Origin: a virus
Direction: 5' to 3' (one strand)
IMG/VR virus record: IMGVR_UViG_3300008116_000018
DNA: 64,000 nt
A program made the translations under genes and the position numbers. Shown here one piece after another: positions 27,306 through 37,446 of the stretch; position 1 is the first letter of the stretch, and the number at the start of each line of letters is the position of its first letter. The notes under the pieces are model-generated. The model had not been told where the DNA came from and did no database searches. It was given only the letters and a program-made list of their open reading frames with translations.

Positions 27306-27812
27306 TTATTCTTCCGCTATAGTTTTTGCAAATGCTAAAAGTACTTCAACATCTTCTTCCAACTGATTCAAAAAGATTTCTTGATTGCTTTCATCTAGTT
27401 TGTCATACAAATCAGAAAGTAACTCAACGTCTTCATTCTTTAAAGCACCACGTGCCTTTGCGGCTTGAAGCATATCTAGTCTATCCTTAACACCTTTGAT
27501 ACCAGGCTTGATATCTTTAGCGGCTTTCTTTTCAGCGGCATTTGGTTTGTTGATATGCTTCATTGTAGTACTAGACTGATGACTCTCAGCTTCACCGAAT
27601 GGTTGCTTGTTATCGAGTCTGTCAGCCGGACGCTTGCCAGAACCTTTTTTGGTGTCGTGCGGTCCAACCTCTTCAGGTCCTACTTTTTCTAAATCGCCTG
27701 GATCTTTTACTTGGGCAAGATACGACACGGCTGCCATTTTATTGGCAATGCCGTCTTTATATTTTACTCGTTCTATTTCATCCAACTGGATAAAACTTTT
27801 AAAGTTCTTCAT
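27306..27812 (-). CDS. Hypothetical head/internal protein
   Basis: Charged 168-aa protein with N-terminus MKNFKSFIQLDE. Confidence 0.7.
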   Translation of the reverse strand: MKNFKSFIQLDEIERVKYKDGIANKMAAVSYLAQVKDPGDLEKVGPEEVGPHDTKKGSGKRPADRLDNKQPFGEAESHQSSTTMKHINKPNAAEKKAAKDIKPGIKGVKDRLDMLQAAKARGALKNEDVELLSDLYDKLDESNQEIFLNQLEEDVEVLLAFAKTIAEE

Positions 27813-28020
27813 CTACATTTCCTTCTGAACTAGATTGAAATTCCTCTTCACCAGATGCGACTTCTTCTTCGCTATCTTTAAAAATCGACCCTGCCAATTC
27901 CATTCGTTTAACAGAAATATGATTCTGAATCTTGTCGTTTAATGCGTCAAGAATAGAACTTTTAAATTCTGTAGGTTTTGCATCATATGCACTCTGAATT
28001 GCTGTCTGAATATTTTCCAT
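27799..28020 (-). CDS. Prohead core protein (gp67-like)
   Basis: Small protein with an acidic tail after the portal region; late promoter at 28044-28051. Confidence 0.6.
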   Translation of the reverse strand: MENIQTAIQSAYDAKPTEFKSSILDALNDKIQNHISVKRMELAGSIFKDSEEEVASGEEEFQSSSEGNVDEEL

Positions 28021-28043
28021 AGTATATCTCCGTTTGTTTATGT

Positions 28044-28051
28044 TATTTATA
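28044..28051 (-). promoter_or_regulatory. Late promoter TATAAATA
   Basis: Exact consensus, intergenic. Confidence 0.7.
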
Positions 28052-28062
28052 CTTTATCGTTT

Positions 28063-28890
28063 TTATGGATTGTAATACGGCATCATGTAGTCGGTTCCAC
28101 CAATATTTATTGATATAAACCCTACCGGATTACTCGGAAGTGTTGCATTACCAGCCGCTGCCGTTTGTGATCCTGCTGACGATGGATTGATTCTAATTCC
28201 ACCAGCAACAACAACCGCATCATTGTCGCCCACTTTAGATATGTTATCGTCCTTAAAAACAAGCAATCTATGAATGTTGTCAATAAAGTTTGAAGTTCCA
28301 AAGTTTGCTGTCGTAGCAATACCCAATGGACCAATAACATATCTAACGCTTGGTTGAGAAATTATTACTGTTGATTCTATCGATGGAAATGGAACATCGT
28401 CAATTTCCATGTTGATTCGAGAATTACCAAATGCAACATCAACATCAATCGACTCTAACGTTATGTTTCTTGATAGTGAAGAAGTTCCAAATGATATTTC
28501 AGGATCAATAGAATTTGCATTTATTATGATTTTTACATTATTTAATCCAAATGCAAGATTCGATGCAATCGAGTACTCTAATGAAGCAATTACTTCAGAA
28601 ATTGTTGTGCTTACATAATTCTGAATTGGGTATATTGAAAGTGCTTCAATATTATCACCCAAGAATAAGTTTTGATTATACTGGAATCGAGTTGCACCAA
28701 GAACCGAAGTTGAGTCTATAGAATCAACATAAATTATCGAATTTAGTTGTGTGGTGCCAAATAAATTTATAGGTAAAACTGTATCATCAAATCTTGTTGT
28801 TTGATAATCTAATATGACTACATTGCCAAATTCAACAACGCCTAAACTATCATATAGGGTTTCATTTTGATATATAAATTGAGTCGCCAT
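28063..28890 (-). CDS. Hypothetical virion protein
   Basis: 275 aa, Ile/Ser/Asn-rich with recurring SI..FG elements; late region. Confidence 0.65.
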   Translation of the reverse strand: MATQFIYQNETLYDSLGVVEFGNVVILDYQTTRFDDTVLPINLFGTTQLNSIIYVDSIDSTSVLGATRFQYNQNLFLGDNIEALSIYPIQNYVSTTISEVIASLEYSIASNLAFGLNNVKIIINANSIDPEISFGTSSLSRNITLESIDVDVAFGNSRINMEIDDVPFPSIESTVIISQPSVRYVIGPLGIATTANFGTSNFIDNIHRLLVFKDDNISKVGDNDAVVVAGGIRINPSSAGSQTAAAGNATLPSNPVGFISINIGGTDYMMPYYNP

Positions 28891-28913
28891 ACCATTACGA
28901 TTTCAAAAACAAA

Positions 28914-29315
28914 TTAAAGAGAGAAAATCTTGTTTGCGCCACTAGAGAATACTACAGTAATATCACCTCCGTTAGGTAGAATTGGCAAACCAGTTGCATT
29001 ATCAATATATGCAATTAATCTAGATGTGCCTTGAACTCCAGTGTCTGAAAATATGAGAAGTGCTTCACAATTTGCACCAGTAACAGAAGTAAATGTCGCA
29101 TCATCTGCATCAAAAACTCCGCTAGTAATTGTTTTGTTGGCCAGCGTTGCGGTTGAAATTACAGCCGAGTTTGATACATCACTTCGAAATTCGTGTACTG
29201 CGCTGTAAGTATAAACACCAGTATCGATAAGCGCCAACGTAATTGTATTAGCTGCCATGTTGATACTGCCATTTAAAAATGCTTGTTTTGCTTTTGGGTA
29301 AAGTGCGTTTGCCAT
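28914..29315 (-). CDS. Hypothetical virion structural protein
   Basis: MANALYPKAK..GVFDADD..GLPILPNGGDITV; AGGAG SD; late promoter at 29343-29350. Confidence 0.75.
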   Translation of the reverse strand: MANALYPKAKQAFLNGSINMAANTITLALIDTGVYTYSAVHEFRSDVSNSAVISTATLANKTITSGVFDADDATFTSVTGANCEALLIFSDTGVQGTSRLIAYIDNATGLPILPNGGDITVVFSSGANKIFSL

Positions 29316-29345
29316 GTAGATTGCTCCTTAATATTTTATATCTAT

Positions 29346-30917
29346 TTATAAAACGATTGGTGTTCCGATTTTAATAAACGCTTTTGTTGCCGAGATAGCA
29401 TATCCAATCTTTAAAGAAAATGCGGCACCGTCAATAGTCGATGTTGTGACAATTGCGCCGTTACTTCCTAGATACAAAGATTGTTCTGGCGTCCACGTCC
29501 AACTTGGATTTGTTATTCCACCAAACGTAACAGTTTCAGACACGTTATCCAATACACCTAAAATTTTATCAACTTGAGATATTTCTAACGCTGATGCTAA
29601 TATTGTTTCGCCATTTGCATTTAATGCGACCAATTTGTATTGAGTTGCATTATTGTTAGTGAAAACAACATTCAAAGATTCGGATGCACCTGCACCACCA
29701 GTATTTGCTTGATTGTATGCGGCTTGTGCTAATGTTGTTGCGGTGTTTGCTTGTGCGTATGCACTATTGGCAGTTGTTCTTGCTAATGTATCGTAGCCAG
29801 CTTGTCCACCAGTATTTGCTTGGTCATAAGCCGCTTGTGCTAGAGTGGTTGCCGTGTTCGCAGTTGTTCTTGCGAGTGTATCAATGCCAGCGCCACCGCC
29901 AGTGTTAGCTTGATTGTATGCGGCTTGTGCTAATGTTGTAGCCGTATTGGCTTGTGTATACGCTGAGTTTGCTTGGGTAAAGGCAGAGTTTGCTCTTGTT
30001 CTTGCAAACGTATCTACAGTACCGCCACCGCCTGCGGCTTGTTCTACGAATACGAATTTCTTTGATGCTTCATCATACGATAAAACATAACCATCTGTGA
30101 TACTGTCTCTATCAACGTCATCTAAGTATCGTAGATTGACTTCACCTGAGCCGGTTGCTTTCCAAGCATCATTAGCCATTGCTTTAGATACTGATGCATT
30201 GATTCTATTTTTGTATTGCTGTAAATCTTTTTCGAGAACATCTTGAAATTTTTTAAATTTCTCTTCGACAGGTTTTACGTCTCCGTCTTTACCATCCTTA
30301 CCTGAAACGCCTTGAATGCCCTGTGGTCCTGCTGGTCCTTGAATTCCTTGTTGTCCGTCTTGTCCTCGTTCGCCTTTGTCGCCCTTAGGTCCTTGTCCGC
30401 CCTGAACTCCCTGTGGACCAGCTGGTCCAACGGGACCAATTGCGCCTGCTTCTCCATCTCTTCCGTCCAAACCAGTTTTGCCATCTTCGCCCCTATCGCC
30501 TTTCAGTCCTTGCGGACCACGTTCGCCAGCAACACCTTGTATTCCCTGTTTGCCTTGAGGACCAACTTCGCCTTTGTCGCCCTTATCACCTTTTAATCCA
30601 CGTGGACCATCAAGTCCCATGTTTCCTTGGGGACCAACTTCACCTTTTTCTCCACGATCACCGGTATCTCCCTTGTCCCCTTTGTCGCCTTTAGAACCCT
30701 GTGCGCCAGTTGCACCAAGGGCTCCACGTGGACCGACAGGACCAGGAACTTGTTCAACGATTACTTCTGTTGTTTTCTTTTCTAAAAGAGATACTAACTC
30801 CGTCTTGAGTTTTTTTATCTCTTGTCTTGTATACGCTACAGATGTTGCAACAGAAACTGCTTCGCTAAGAGTGTCGCTAAGATTAGGTACCTTCTTTGTC
30901 ACCTTTGGCCTCTTCAA
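29346..30917 (-). CDS. Collagen-like (Gly-X-Y) fibre protein
   Basis: Long GXY tract followed by [12 protein letters not shown] repeats. True start may be the GTG at 30902 (GAGG SD). Confidence 0.85.
   Translation of the reverse strand: MKRPKVTKKVPNLSDTLSEAVSVATSVAYTRQEIKKLKTELVSLLEKKTTEVIVEQVPGPVGPRGALGATGAQGSKGDKGDKGDTGDRGEKGEVGPQGNMGLDGPRGLKGDKGDKGEVGPQGKQGIQGVAGERGPQGLKGDRGEDGKTGLDGRDGEAGAIGPVGPAGPQGVQGGQGPKGDKGERGQDGQQGIQGPAGPQGIQGVSGKDGKDGDVKPVEEKFKKFQDVLEKDLQQYKNRINASVSKAMANDAWKATGSGEVNLRYLDDVDRDSITDGYVLSYDEASKKFVFVEQAAGGGGTVDTFARTRANSAFTQANSAYTQANTATTLAQAAYNQANTGGGAGIDTLARTTANTATTLAQAAYDQANTGGQAGYDTLARTTANSAYAQANTATTLAQAAYNQANTGGAGASESLNVVFTNNNATQYKLVALNANGETILASALEISQVDKILGVLDNVSETVTFGGITNPSWTWTPEQSLYLGSNGAIVTTSTIDGAAFSLKIGYAISATKAFIKIGTPIVL
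29695..30010 (-). repeat. Coding tandem repeats ([21 protein letters not shown], about 3 copies)
   Basis: Near-identical peptide and nucleotide units inside the collagen-like gene. Confidence 0.8.
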
Positions 30918-32544
30918 CTAATGTTCCAAAAAATGCAGTCATAGACTTAGCTAATTCTTTTTGATCTGCGTCATCAATTACTCTATTTTCAGTTTCTTCT
31001 TTTTTTACGCTAACAACAAGTTGTTGTGGTGCTGGCGCTGGAGGTGGAATTGGTGGTGCATCATCTGCCGTAGAATCGTCATCCATATTCGCTTTGTCTT
31101 CTTCCATCTCTTCATCCATCTGTTTAATATCATCTTCACTCTGGCGCAGAATGTTTGTTCTGATATAATTAACAGAGAAGTATTTACCAACGTATCCGTC
31201 AATGTCTGAAAGAATAGATAAACGTTCTTTCATAATTTCAACGTTCTTTAATTCGGCAAAGTGTGCATCTGATTGATAATCATAGCTAATTTCTTCTTTC
31301 ATTTGTTCCCACTCTTTACGGGTACAAACGCCTTTAAGAAGAAGCTGTGTCTCAAGCATCTTATCGAATAGAATAGAGAATCTTAAACGTAAACGTGAAA
31401 TGAACTTACCAAACTTCAATTCATCTCTAGTAATTTCAGAAGCACGACCTAAAGAGAATCCATTGTCGGCTTCTAAACGTGATACTGGAACATTCAGTGA
31501 CTTGAACATTTTCTTTTGAAAGTACAATACGTCATCAATCTCTCCGAGATTCTGTCCACCTGATAGTGTAGTAATCTCTGTACCTTTACCACCTTCTCTA
31601 CGTGGCAACCAAAAGTCTTCAAGCATTGTTTGGTATCGTCTATCGTCACGAATCTCACCAGTGTTTGCATCATACACTAGTTTGTTTTTATACTTCTGCA
31701 TGATTTCACGCAAGTATTGTTCTGCCTTCATCTTAGGCAAGTTACCTACGTCAATGTAAAAGATTCTACGTTCTGGCGCTCTTGAAATACGATAGATAAC
31801 TGTCGCATCTTCAAGCATACGTAATTGATTAAGTGGTTTGATTGCTTTGTGTAAGTGTGAAACAATAATCTTACCATCTTTGTCTGTGATGCCAGAGTTT
31901 GCATAGCAGATTGAATCTACTGCAATCTTGATCCCTTGTGAGCCATCTCTAGAAAATCCTTTATCTGAGTACATAAAGTATTCATGGAATTTTTGTGATG
32001 TGTTTACTATTCCTGGATTATTAGGTTGCTTCTTATCTTCACGAACTTTACGAATCTTACGTGGGTCAATGTAACGAACTTCTTTCAATCCTGCTCTAGG
32101 ATTCTTATCGTCAATCAACATGTGATAGTACAAACGTCCATCAACATACCATCTACGGAAAATATCGTAGCCTTGATTGTTGAAGTCGAGTAGTTTCATT
32201 ATATAATAGAACTCATCACGAATCATTTTCTTAATTGATTCGGGTTGTTCGAGTTTATCTAAAATGATTTGGACTGGATAGTCACCGTTTTCAAAGACTA
32301 GTGATTCATTCACAATGTCTTCAATTGCGGCATCGCATTCTGGCTGAAGTGCCATCTCACGATATTTTTTAATTAAGTCTGCATCGCTTCTAATCTGCCC
32401 CTCAAGGTCCATGTATGTACCGTATACACCACCACCTGAAATCGACACCGCCGCATCATCATCGGTAGGAGTGACAAACGATTTTAACTGTTCTGATTCA
32501 ACATCATCCTTACCAATTTTATATCCAAAAAGTTTTATCGCCAT
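30883..32544 (-). CDS. gp20: Portal vertex protein
   Basis: FRRWYVDGRLYYH, HKAIKPLNQLRMLEDATVIYRISRAPERRIFYIDVGNLPK, EDFWLPRREGGKGTEITTL. Confidence 0.99.
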   Translation of the reverse strand: MAIKLFGYKIGKDDVESEQLKSFVTPTDDDAAVSISGGGVYGTYMDLEGQIRSDADLIKKYREMALQPECDAAIEDIVNESLVFENGDYPVQIILDKLEQPESIKKMIRDEFYYIMKLLDFNNQGYDIFRRWYVDGRLYYHMLIDDKNPRAGLKEVRYIDPRKIRKVREDKKQPNNPGIVNTSQKFHEYFMYSDKGFSRDGSQGIKIAVDSICYANSGITDKDGKIIVSHLHKAIKPLNQLRMLEDATVIYRISRAPERRIFYIDVGNLPKMKAEQYLREIMQKYKNKLVYDANTGEIRDDRRYQTMLEDFWLPRREGGKGTEITTLSGGQNLGEIDDVLYFQKKMFKSLNVPVSRLEADNGFSLGRASEITRDELKFGKFISRLRLRFSILFDKMLETQLLLKGVCTRKEWEQMKEEISYDYQSDAHFAELKNVEIMKERLSILSDIDGYVGKYFSVNYIRTNILRQSEDDIKQMDEEMEEDKANMDDDSTADDAPPIPPPAPAPQQLVVSVKKEETENRVIDDADQKELAKSMTAFFGTLVEEAKGDKEGT

Positions 32545-32558
32545 GTTTTGTTCTCTCT

Positions 32559-32588
32559 AAAAAAAATGGGGGCGTAATAGCCCCCATT
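32559..32588 (-). terminator. Rho-independent terminator between gp19 and gp20
   Basis: AATGGGGGC-TATTAC-GCCCCCATT followed by a T-run. Confidence 0.8.
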
Positions 32589-32643
32589 ATTGACACTATT
32601 ACGCAATTATTTATGTTGCGTAAATTTCATTCAATTTAGAAAT

Positions 32644-33231
32644 TTATGTTGATAATGTCATATCACCTGCATCGGCAAAGGCATCATTTGCATTACCAGC
32701 CTGTAGATAGTGATATTGGAAGTTTACTGTAAATTCTGATAATGTGTCTGTGCTGTCAAAAGACAAATCGATTGCGCTAACGTCTGTTGGAAATGCATCG
32801 TTCAATCTATATTGTCTAGAAACTGAGTTATCACCTTTTAAGTGTACACAAGTAATGTCTTTATAGTAATCTTGAACTGTCGATTTTGTTTGCGAATCGT
32901 AATTTCCTTTTGAAATCAAATTTATCCAAGCATTGAATGCACGGCGTATTGCGTGATTTTCATCATTGATAATTGTAACTGTCCAATCGGCAAATGTTCT
33001 GTCTCCAGGAATTTTAATTCTTCTACCTGCTCTGAACGGCACTTCAATTGTACCTACAGTAAAACCAGGAACTGCGGCAGCCTTACAAAGAACTTTAACT
33101 GTGCCTGTAGCGTCAGTAGGTAAATCAGTAGACGCAATCAATGATGGAAATGGAATGTTGATTTCAAATAGATTCGCTCTAGCGCCTCTATTTAACGCTG
33201 TTTTTAATTGTGTTAGTGTTGCGAATGACAT
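32644..33231 (-). CDS. gp19: Tail tube protein, copy 2
   Basis: GARANLFE, LCKAAAVPG, GRRIKIPGDRTFADWTVTIINDE, AFPTDVSAIDLS, EFTVNFQY. Confidence 0.92.
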   Translation of the reverse strand: MSFATLTQLKTALNRGARANLFEINIPFPSLIASTDLPTDATGTVKVLCKAAAVPGFTVGTIEVPFRAGRRIKIPGDRTFADWTVTIINDENHAIRRAFNAWINLISKGNYDSQTKSTVQDYYKDITCVHLKGDNSVSRQYRLNDAFPTDVSAIDLSFDSTDTLSEFTVNFQYHYLQAGNANDAFADAGDMTLST

Positions 33232-33236
33232 TTTTA

Positions 33237-33839
33237 TTATCCTCTTGTTTGTACTGGAATAGCAACATCGCCATCTGCGCTAAAACCATTTTCAAAGTAG
33301 TCGTATGTCCAAGTTACAGTAAAGTCTTCAACCGCATCAGTAGTATCATACGACAAATCAATAGCAGAAATGTCGCTAGGCCAGCAATTTACTAATCGAT
33401 AACCTCCAGCCACAACTGAAGTACCATCTTCTTTCAATTGATAGATTTGAACTGTGCCATAAAGACCATCAGCATCAGTTCCGCCTATTTTAGCGGATCT
33501 GTTGCCTAAAGTGCCTGTGATTTCAAAATTTGTTTTAACGATATCATTCTGCCACTTTTCCATTACGCTACGAATCTTAAAGTTTTCGTCATTTAAAATA
33601 GTTGAAGTCCATTCAGCGTATGATCTGTCTCCACCCAATTTTAATCTACGTCCACCATTCATTGGGATTTCAATTGTTCCCAATGTAGCTGATGGTAACG
33701 ATCCTGATCTGCACAAATACTCAAAACTTGCTACATCGTAACCACTCGCTCTTGGCGGTGTTACTTGAACCTTAAACAGATTCGGTCTAGAACCGGCTCC
33801 TAGAGCCGTTCTAAACTTTGTTACTGAAAATTCTGCCAT
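33237..33839 (-). CDS. gp19: Tail tube protein, copy 1
   Basis: GSRPNLFKV, GRRLKLGGDRSYAEWTSTILNDE, WPSDISAIDLSYD, EDFTVTWTYDY. Confidence 0.92.
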   Translation of the reverse strand: MAEFSVTKFRTALGAGSRPNLFKVQVTPPRASGYDVASFEYLCRSGSLPSATLGTIEIPMNGGRRLKLGGDRSYAEWTSTILNDENFKIRSVMEKWQNDIVKTNFEITGTLGNRSAKIGGTDADGLYGTVQIYQLKEDGTSVVAGGYRLVNCWPSDISAIDLSYDTTDAVEDFTVTWTYDYFENGFSADGDVAIPVQTRG

Positions 33840-33870
33840 TTTATTCTCCTTGTTTGTCTTCTGTAATTAT

Positions 33871-35775
33871 TTATCCTGCGATTTCATTAAATGTAGCAGT
33901 ACCTCTTACAGACACAAAGTTAAGTTGAATAAAGTTAACAGAGCGAATTGGTTGTACGAAAATATCGCAAACAAATTCGTTAGCGTTTACAACATCTTCA
34001 GGGTTGTTGCTTGCATCACAAACAACTCTGAATGCGGCTAAACCACGGCGGGCTTGAACACTTCTTAGATATGGAACAACTAAGTTAACAAAGTTTGATC
34101 TTGTTGTTTCATCGTTCTGGTCAAACAATACATTGTCTGCGGCTTCACCAATTGTCTTTTGCAAGTCAATGAACAATCTACGAACGTTGATTCTGTTTGT
34201 AGATGTGTTTCTAGTCACGAATGTCTTGTCACCAAACAATACTGTACCACGACCAACTTGTGTGATTACTGGATTTACAGCAACTTTGTACAATGTGTCA
34301 CGCTCTGCTTGTGTTGGATTGAATGCCAAACGAACTAAGTTTTGAATACGACCATTGTTGAATCCAGCTGGAGACAACCATGACTCTTGATTAAAGTCAT
34401 TACGTGCCATGCAACCAGCAACGTCAGCGTTCAATGGAACATAAACATATGTGTCATTGTATTTGTCGTACTGATATTTCCATCCGCTGTCTGCGACTGC
34501 GTATGTAGAACGTGTAACTGTGGCAGCCCATGCAGAGATTGCAGTTGCTTCTGAACCAGCATTGTTAACAACGTTTGCTCTCAATGGAGAAATACAAACA
34601 ACAGCGTCTTTTCTAACTTCAGCAATATCGCCAATGATTCTGTTCACAACTGTCGCATTGCCTTGACCAGCAAAGATGATTGTTGCAGGAACTTCAGACT
34701 TGTTTGAATACTTCAAATAACCAGTAGCACGATCACCATCGGTTACAGCCACACCATCAGAACCACCATTGAAGTCATAGTTCTTAGGAACAGTTACTGA
34801 AGTGTATGTTGTTGGTGTGCCGTTTGCTGTTGTGAGATTTGTACCCCAATTTGTACCAGCGCCATCATGGTCTGTCCAACGAACCCATGCTGAACGATCA
34901 TTGATAAGGTCTTTGTAGTAGTTATTACCACCATTCTCTGCTCTTGCATTACCTGCTTTAGATGTGCTTTCGTATTTTTCTAAAACTGTATTTGCTGTAC
35001 CTGTGATTAAGCCAAGTTTGTCAACGACAACAACGTGCATTTCATCGCCAGATGCGCCAACTGATGCGGCTTGTAGTGATGTGCCTGGAGCGGCATTGAA
35101 TTCATCAAAGAATTCCCAACGGCGAGTACCAGAAGCAGCCGATGCGCCAGTCAAGTGTGCAGAATCAATTGTGAAGTGTGTTGTGTTTGCAATTGCAGTA
35201 ACTTTTGCTGTACGCCCAGAGATAACAACTTGATCGCCAATTCTCAATTCTGTGTTTGCCGCAGAACCAGTACCAACAACTGTTGTAGAACCAGCGGCAA
35301 TTGTGAATGTACCAGTCAATGCGCCAGAAAATGCAGTTGCACTTGGGCAAGTAGAAACTCTAAGAGAATTACCTAAAGCACCAGCATACTTTGCAATGAA
35401 AGGTCCGATGTTGAATGATGCTGTTTCGATATATGCATCATCGTTTTTAATCAATTGACCAGCGCCGATGCCGCCAGAACCAGTTGCAGTTTCTGTTGTT
35501 GCGTTCAATGCTGTGTTTGCAACACGAACAACAAAAAGTGGTGAAGAATATCCTAAAAAGTTAGCGGCCGACAAGAAATCGACAACGTTAGTTGCATTTG
35601 GCTTACCGAATTCGGCCACCAATTGACCTTCGTTTGCAACTTGAGTCGCAACTTCAATAGGACCCCAATTAAATTGTCCTGAAAATGCACCGATTGTAGA
35701 TGTAGTTGATTGATTAGACGTTACCAAATCTTGTTCGGTAATTTTAACGCCTGGTGAAATTAGACTTATAGCCAT
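33871..35775 (-). CDS. gp18: Tail sheath protein
   Basis: ISPGVKITEQD, FNWGP, DSGWKYQYDKYND, WLSPAG, RINVRRLF, PIRSVNFIQLNF. Confidence 0.98.
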   Translation of the reverse strand: MAISLISPGVKITEQDLVTSNQSTTSTIGAFSGQFNWGPIEVATQVANEGQLVAEFGKPNATNVVDFLSAANFLGYSSPLFVVRVANTALNATTETATGSGGIGAGQLIKNDDAYIETASFNIGPFIAKYAGALGNSLRVSTCPSATAFSGALTGTFTIAAGSTTVVGTGSAANTELRIGDQVVISGRTAKVTAIANTTHFTIDSAHLTGASAASGTRRWEFFDEFNAAPGTSLQAASVGASGDEMHVVVVDKLGLITGTANTVLEKYESTSKAGNARAENGGNNYYKDLINDRSAWVRWTDHDGAGTNWGTNLTTANGTPTTYTSVTVPKNYDFNGGSDGVAVTDGDRATGYLKYSNKSEVPATIIFAGQGNATVVNRIIGDIAEVRKDAVVCISPLRANVVNNAGSEATAISAWAATVTRSTYAVADSGWKYQYDKYNDTYVYVPLNADVAGCMARNDFNQESWLSPAGFNNGRIQNLVRLAFNPTQAERDTLYKVAVNPVITQVGRGTVLFGDKTFVTRNTSTNRINVRRLFIDLQKTIGEAADNVLFDQNDETTRSNFVNLVVPYLRSVQARRGLAAFRVVCDASNNPEDVVNANEFVCDIFVQPIRSVNFIQLNFVSVRGTATFNEIAG

Positions 35776-35814
35776 TGAATTCTCCTTGTTATAATGATGT
35801 GGGTTTGTTTAATT

Positions 35815-35822
35815 TATTTATA
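35815..35822 (-). promoter_or_regulatory. Late promoter TATAAATA (gp18)
   Basis: Exact consensus overlapping the gp17 stop codon. Confidence 0.75.
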
Positions 35823-37446
35823 AAAAATCAGATTTCTGATAGCTTTCTACCTGCCAAACTTGACCAGTCGCATCAACCATTTGATTCTCTTCTTCACCGT
35901 TATTTATAAAGCCGAAAGGCGTGACTTCCTCCTCAATCATCTTAATTCTCGCATCGTACAGTTCTTTTCTAATGTTGATGTTTGTCAAATCTTTAAAGTA
36001 AGAATTTGTTGTCAACCATGAAAAAAGAACTAAAGGCATAACCAAATCATCGTGATATCCTTCGTCAGCAGAATAGCTATTCTTTCTTTCAATGAATGTT
36101 GAAATCTCTGCTATTGTATCTGCGTCACGAATTATTAACTTTTTCTCTTCAACCATAGACTTGAAGTTAGAACATCCAATACGTTTGATTTTCTTGTCTG
36201 TAATAACACCTAACTGTGTCTTACCTCCACCAAAGCCACCATTGACAATTTGTCCTTGAGGTGTTCTGCTAACAGAAATGATATTCTCATATTCATACTC
36301 ACCATAAAGAATGTCCGCAACTTGTTCTGAAGAATTAATTTCAATTAGAACGTATGCTTCATTGTATTCTTTACCGACTCTGTAAATTACTGACGGATAC
36401 AAAAGTGGGCTGATTTGATTGTTTCTGTATTTGCCTACCATCTTGTATGGCATCTGAGATATGTCAAGAATTACAAATGCCGAATAGTCACCACCAACAC
36501 CTTTAGCTGTGTCTGCAATAATACAGTATGCGTGATCTTTTTCTACTTTTTCATATATATCAAGTCCATCTTTCTGATAGATGATAGGATCAGCAGACAT
36601 TTGTGCAATAGCGTCAGATGCAATAAGTGTAAGACTTGAACCCAAGAAGTTACATAGAACCTCTTGATTGAACTTCAACTCACCAAGCAATCTTCTTTGT
36701 TCGGATGCCCACTTTTCATCACGTCCAGGAATTTCCCAGTATGGAATGAATAGATTCACGAACCCGTTTCTATCGTTCTCTGCATCATTCCAGAACTTCC
36801 AGAAGTGGTTGTATCCTAGTGGGGTAGAACTTAACAGAATCTTTGTTGTTTCACCAGCAGAAATCGTAGGATAAACTGAGGTGAAAAATTGTTCTGCTAC
36901 ATTGTTCGGTATGATAGCGGCTTCGTCAACGTACAATAAGTTAACTGACTTACCACGAATACCTGATGCGCTTGTTGCGGCTGTGAATACGATTGACCCA
37001 TTCTCTAAAGCAATGTCACCTTTGTTCCATGTAGTGACACCTTGCTGAAGCCATGTAGGAAGATTCTCATACATGACTTGATAACGATATAAAACTTCTC
37101 TAGCGGCTGTCGCTTTGTTTGCTAGAATCGCTACAGTCTTACTTCCTTGAAACAATGTGTACCAAAGAATGTAAGCAGCCGATGTTGTTGTTTTACCTTG
37201 CTGGCGACCTTCCATAAGAATAACTTTACGATTCTCATGAATAATCTTTACTTTGTTCTTTTGACAATCATACAGTTTAAATGGCTGAAGCCCATGATCG
37301 AGCGTGACAATTTTACAATATGTCTCAATGAAATATATCGGATCATCAGCACACTTAATGTACTCTTCAATTTCATCTTTTGTGAAGTTGAGTGGTACGC
37401 CAGATGCTTTTAAAAGAGAATTTCCTAGATAGGATTTTGTTGTCAT
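35818..37446 (-). CDS. gp17: Terminase large subunit
   Basis: GRQQGKTT, LYVDEAA, STPLGYNHF, DTAKGVGGDYSA, HDDLVM. Confidence 0.98.
   Translation of the reverse strand: MTTKSYLGNSLLKASGVPLNFTKDEIEEYIKCADDPIYFIETYCKIVTLDHGLQPFKLYDCQKNKVKIIHENRKVILMEGRQQGKTTTSAAYILWYTLFQGSKTVAILANKATAAREVLYRYQVMYENLPTWLQQGVTTWNKGDIALENGSIVFTAATSASGIRGKSVNLLYVDEAAIIPNNVAEQFFTSVYPTISAGETTKILLSSTPLGYNHFWKFWNDAENDRNGFVNLFIPYWEIPGRDEKWASEQRRLLGELKFNQEVLCNFLGSSLTLIASDAIAQMSADPIIYQKDGLDIYEKVEKDHAYCIIADTAKGVGGDYSAFVILDISQMPYKMVGKYRNNQISPLLYPSVIYRVGKEYNEAYVLIEINSSEQVADILYGEYEYENIISVSRTPQGQIVNGGFGGGKTQLGVITDKKIKRIGCSNFKSMVEEKKLIIRDADTIAEISTFIERKNSYSADEGYHDDLVMPLVLFSWLTTNSYFKDLTNINIRKELYDARIKMIEEEVTPFGFINNGEEENQMVDATGQVWQVESYQKSDFL

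Noticed and set aside
29695-30750. CRISPR-like or non-coding repeat array
   Set aside because: The repeats are in-frame coding units (GXY collagen and AQAAY repeats) without unique spacers.
30883-30935. Programmed frameshift fusing portal to the collagen protein at the T-run
   Set aside because: The collagen frame has a TAG immediately before 30917, downstream of the T-run, and a GTG start with a GAGG SD exists at 30902.
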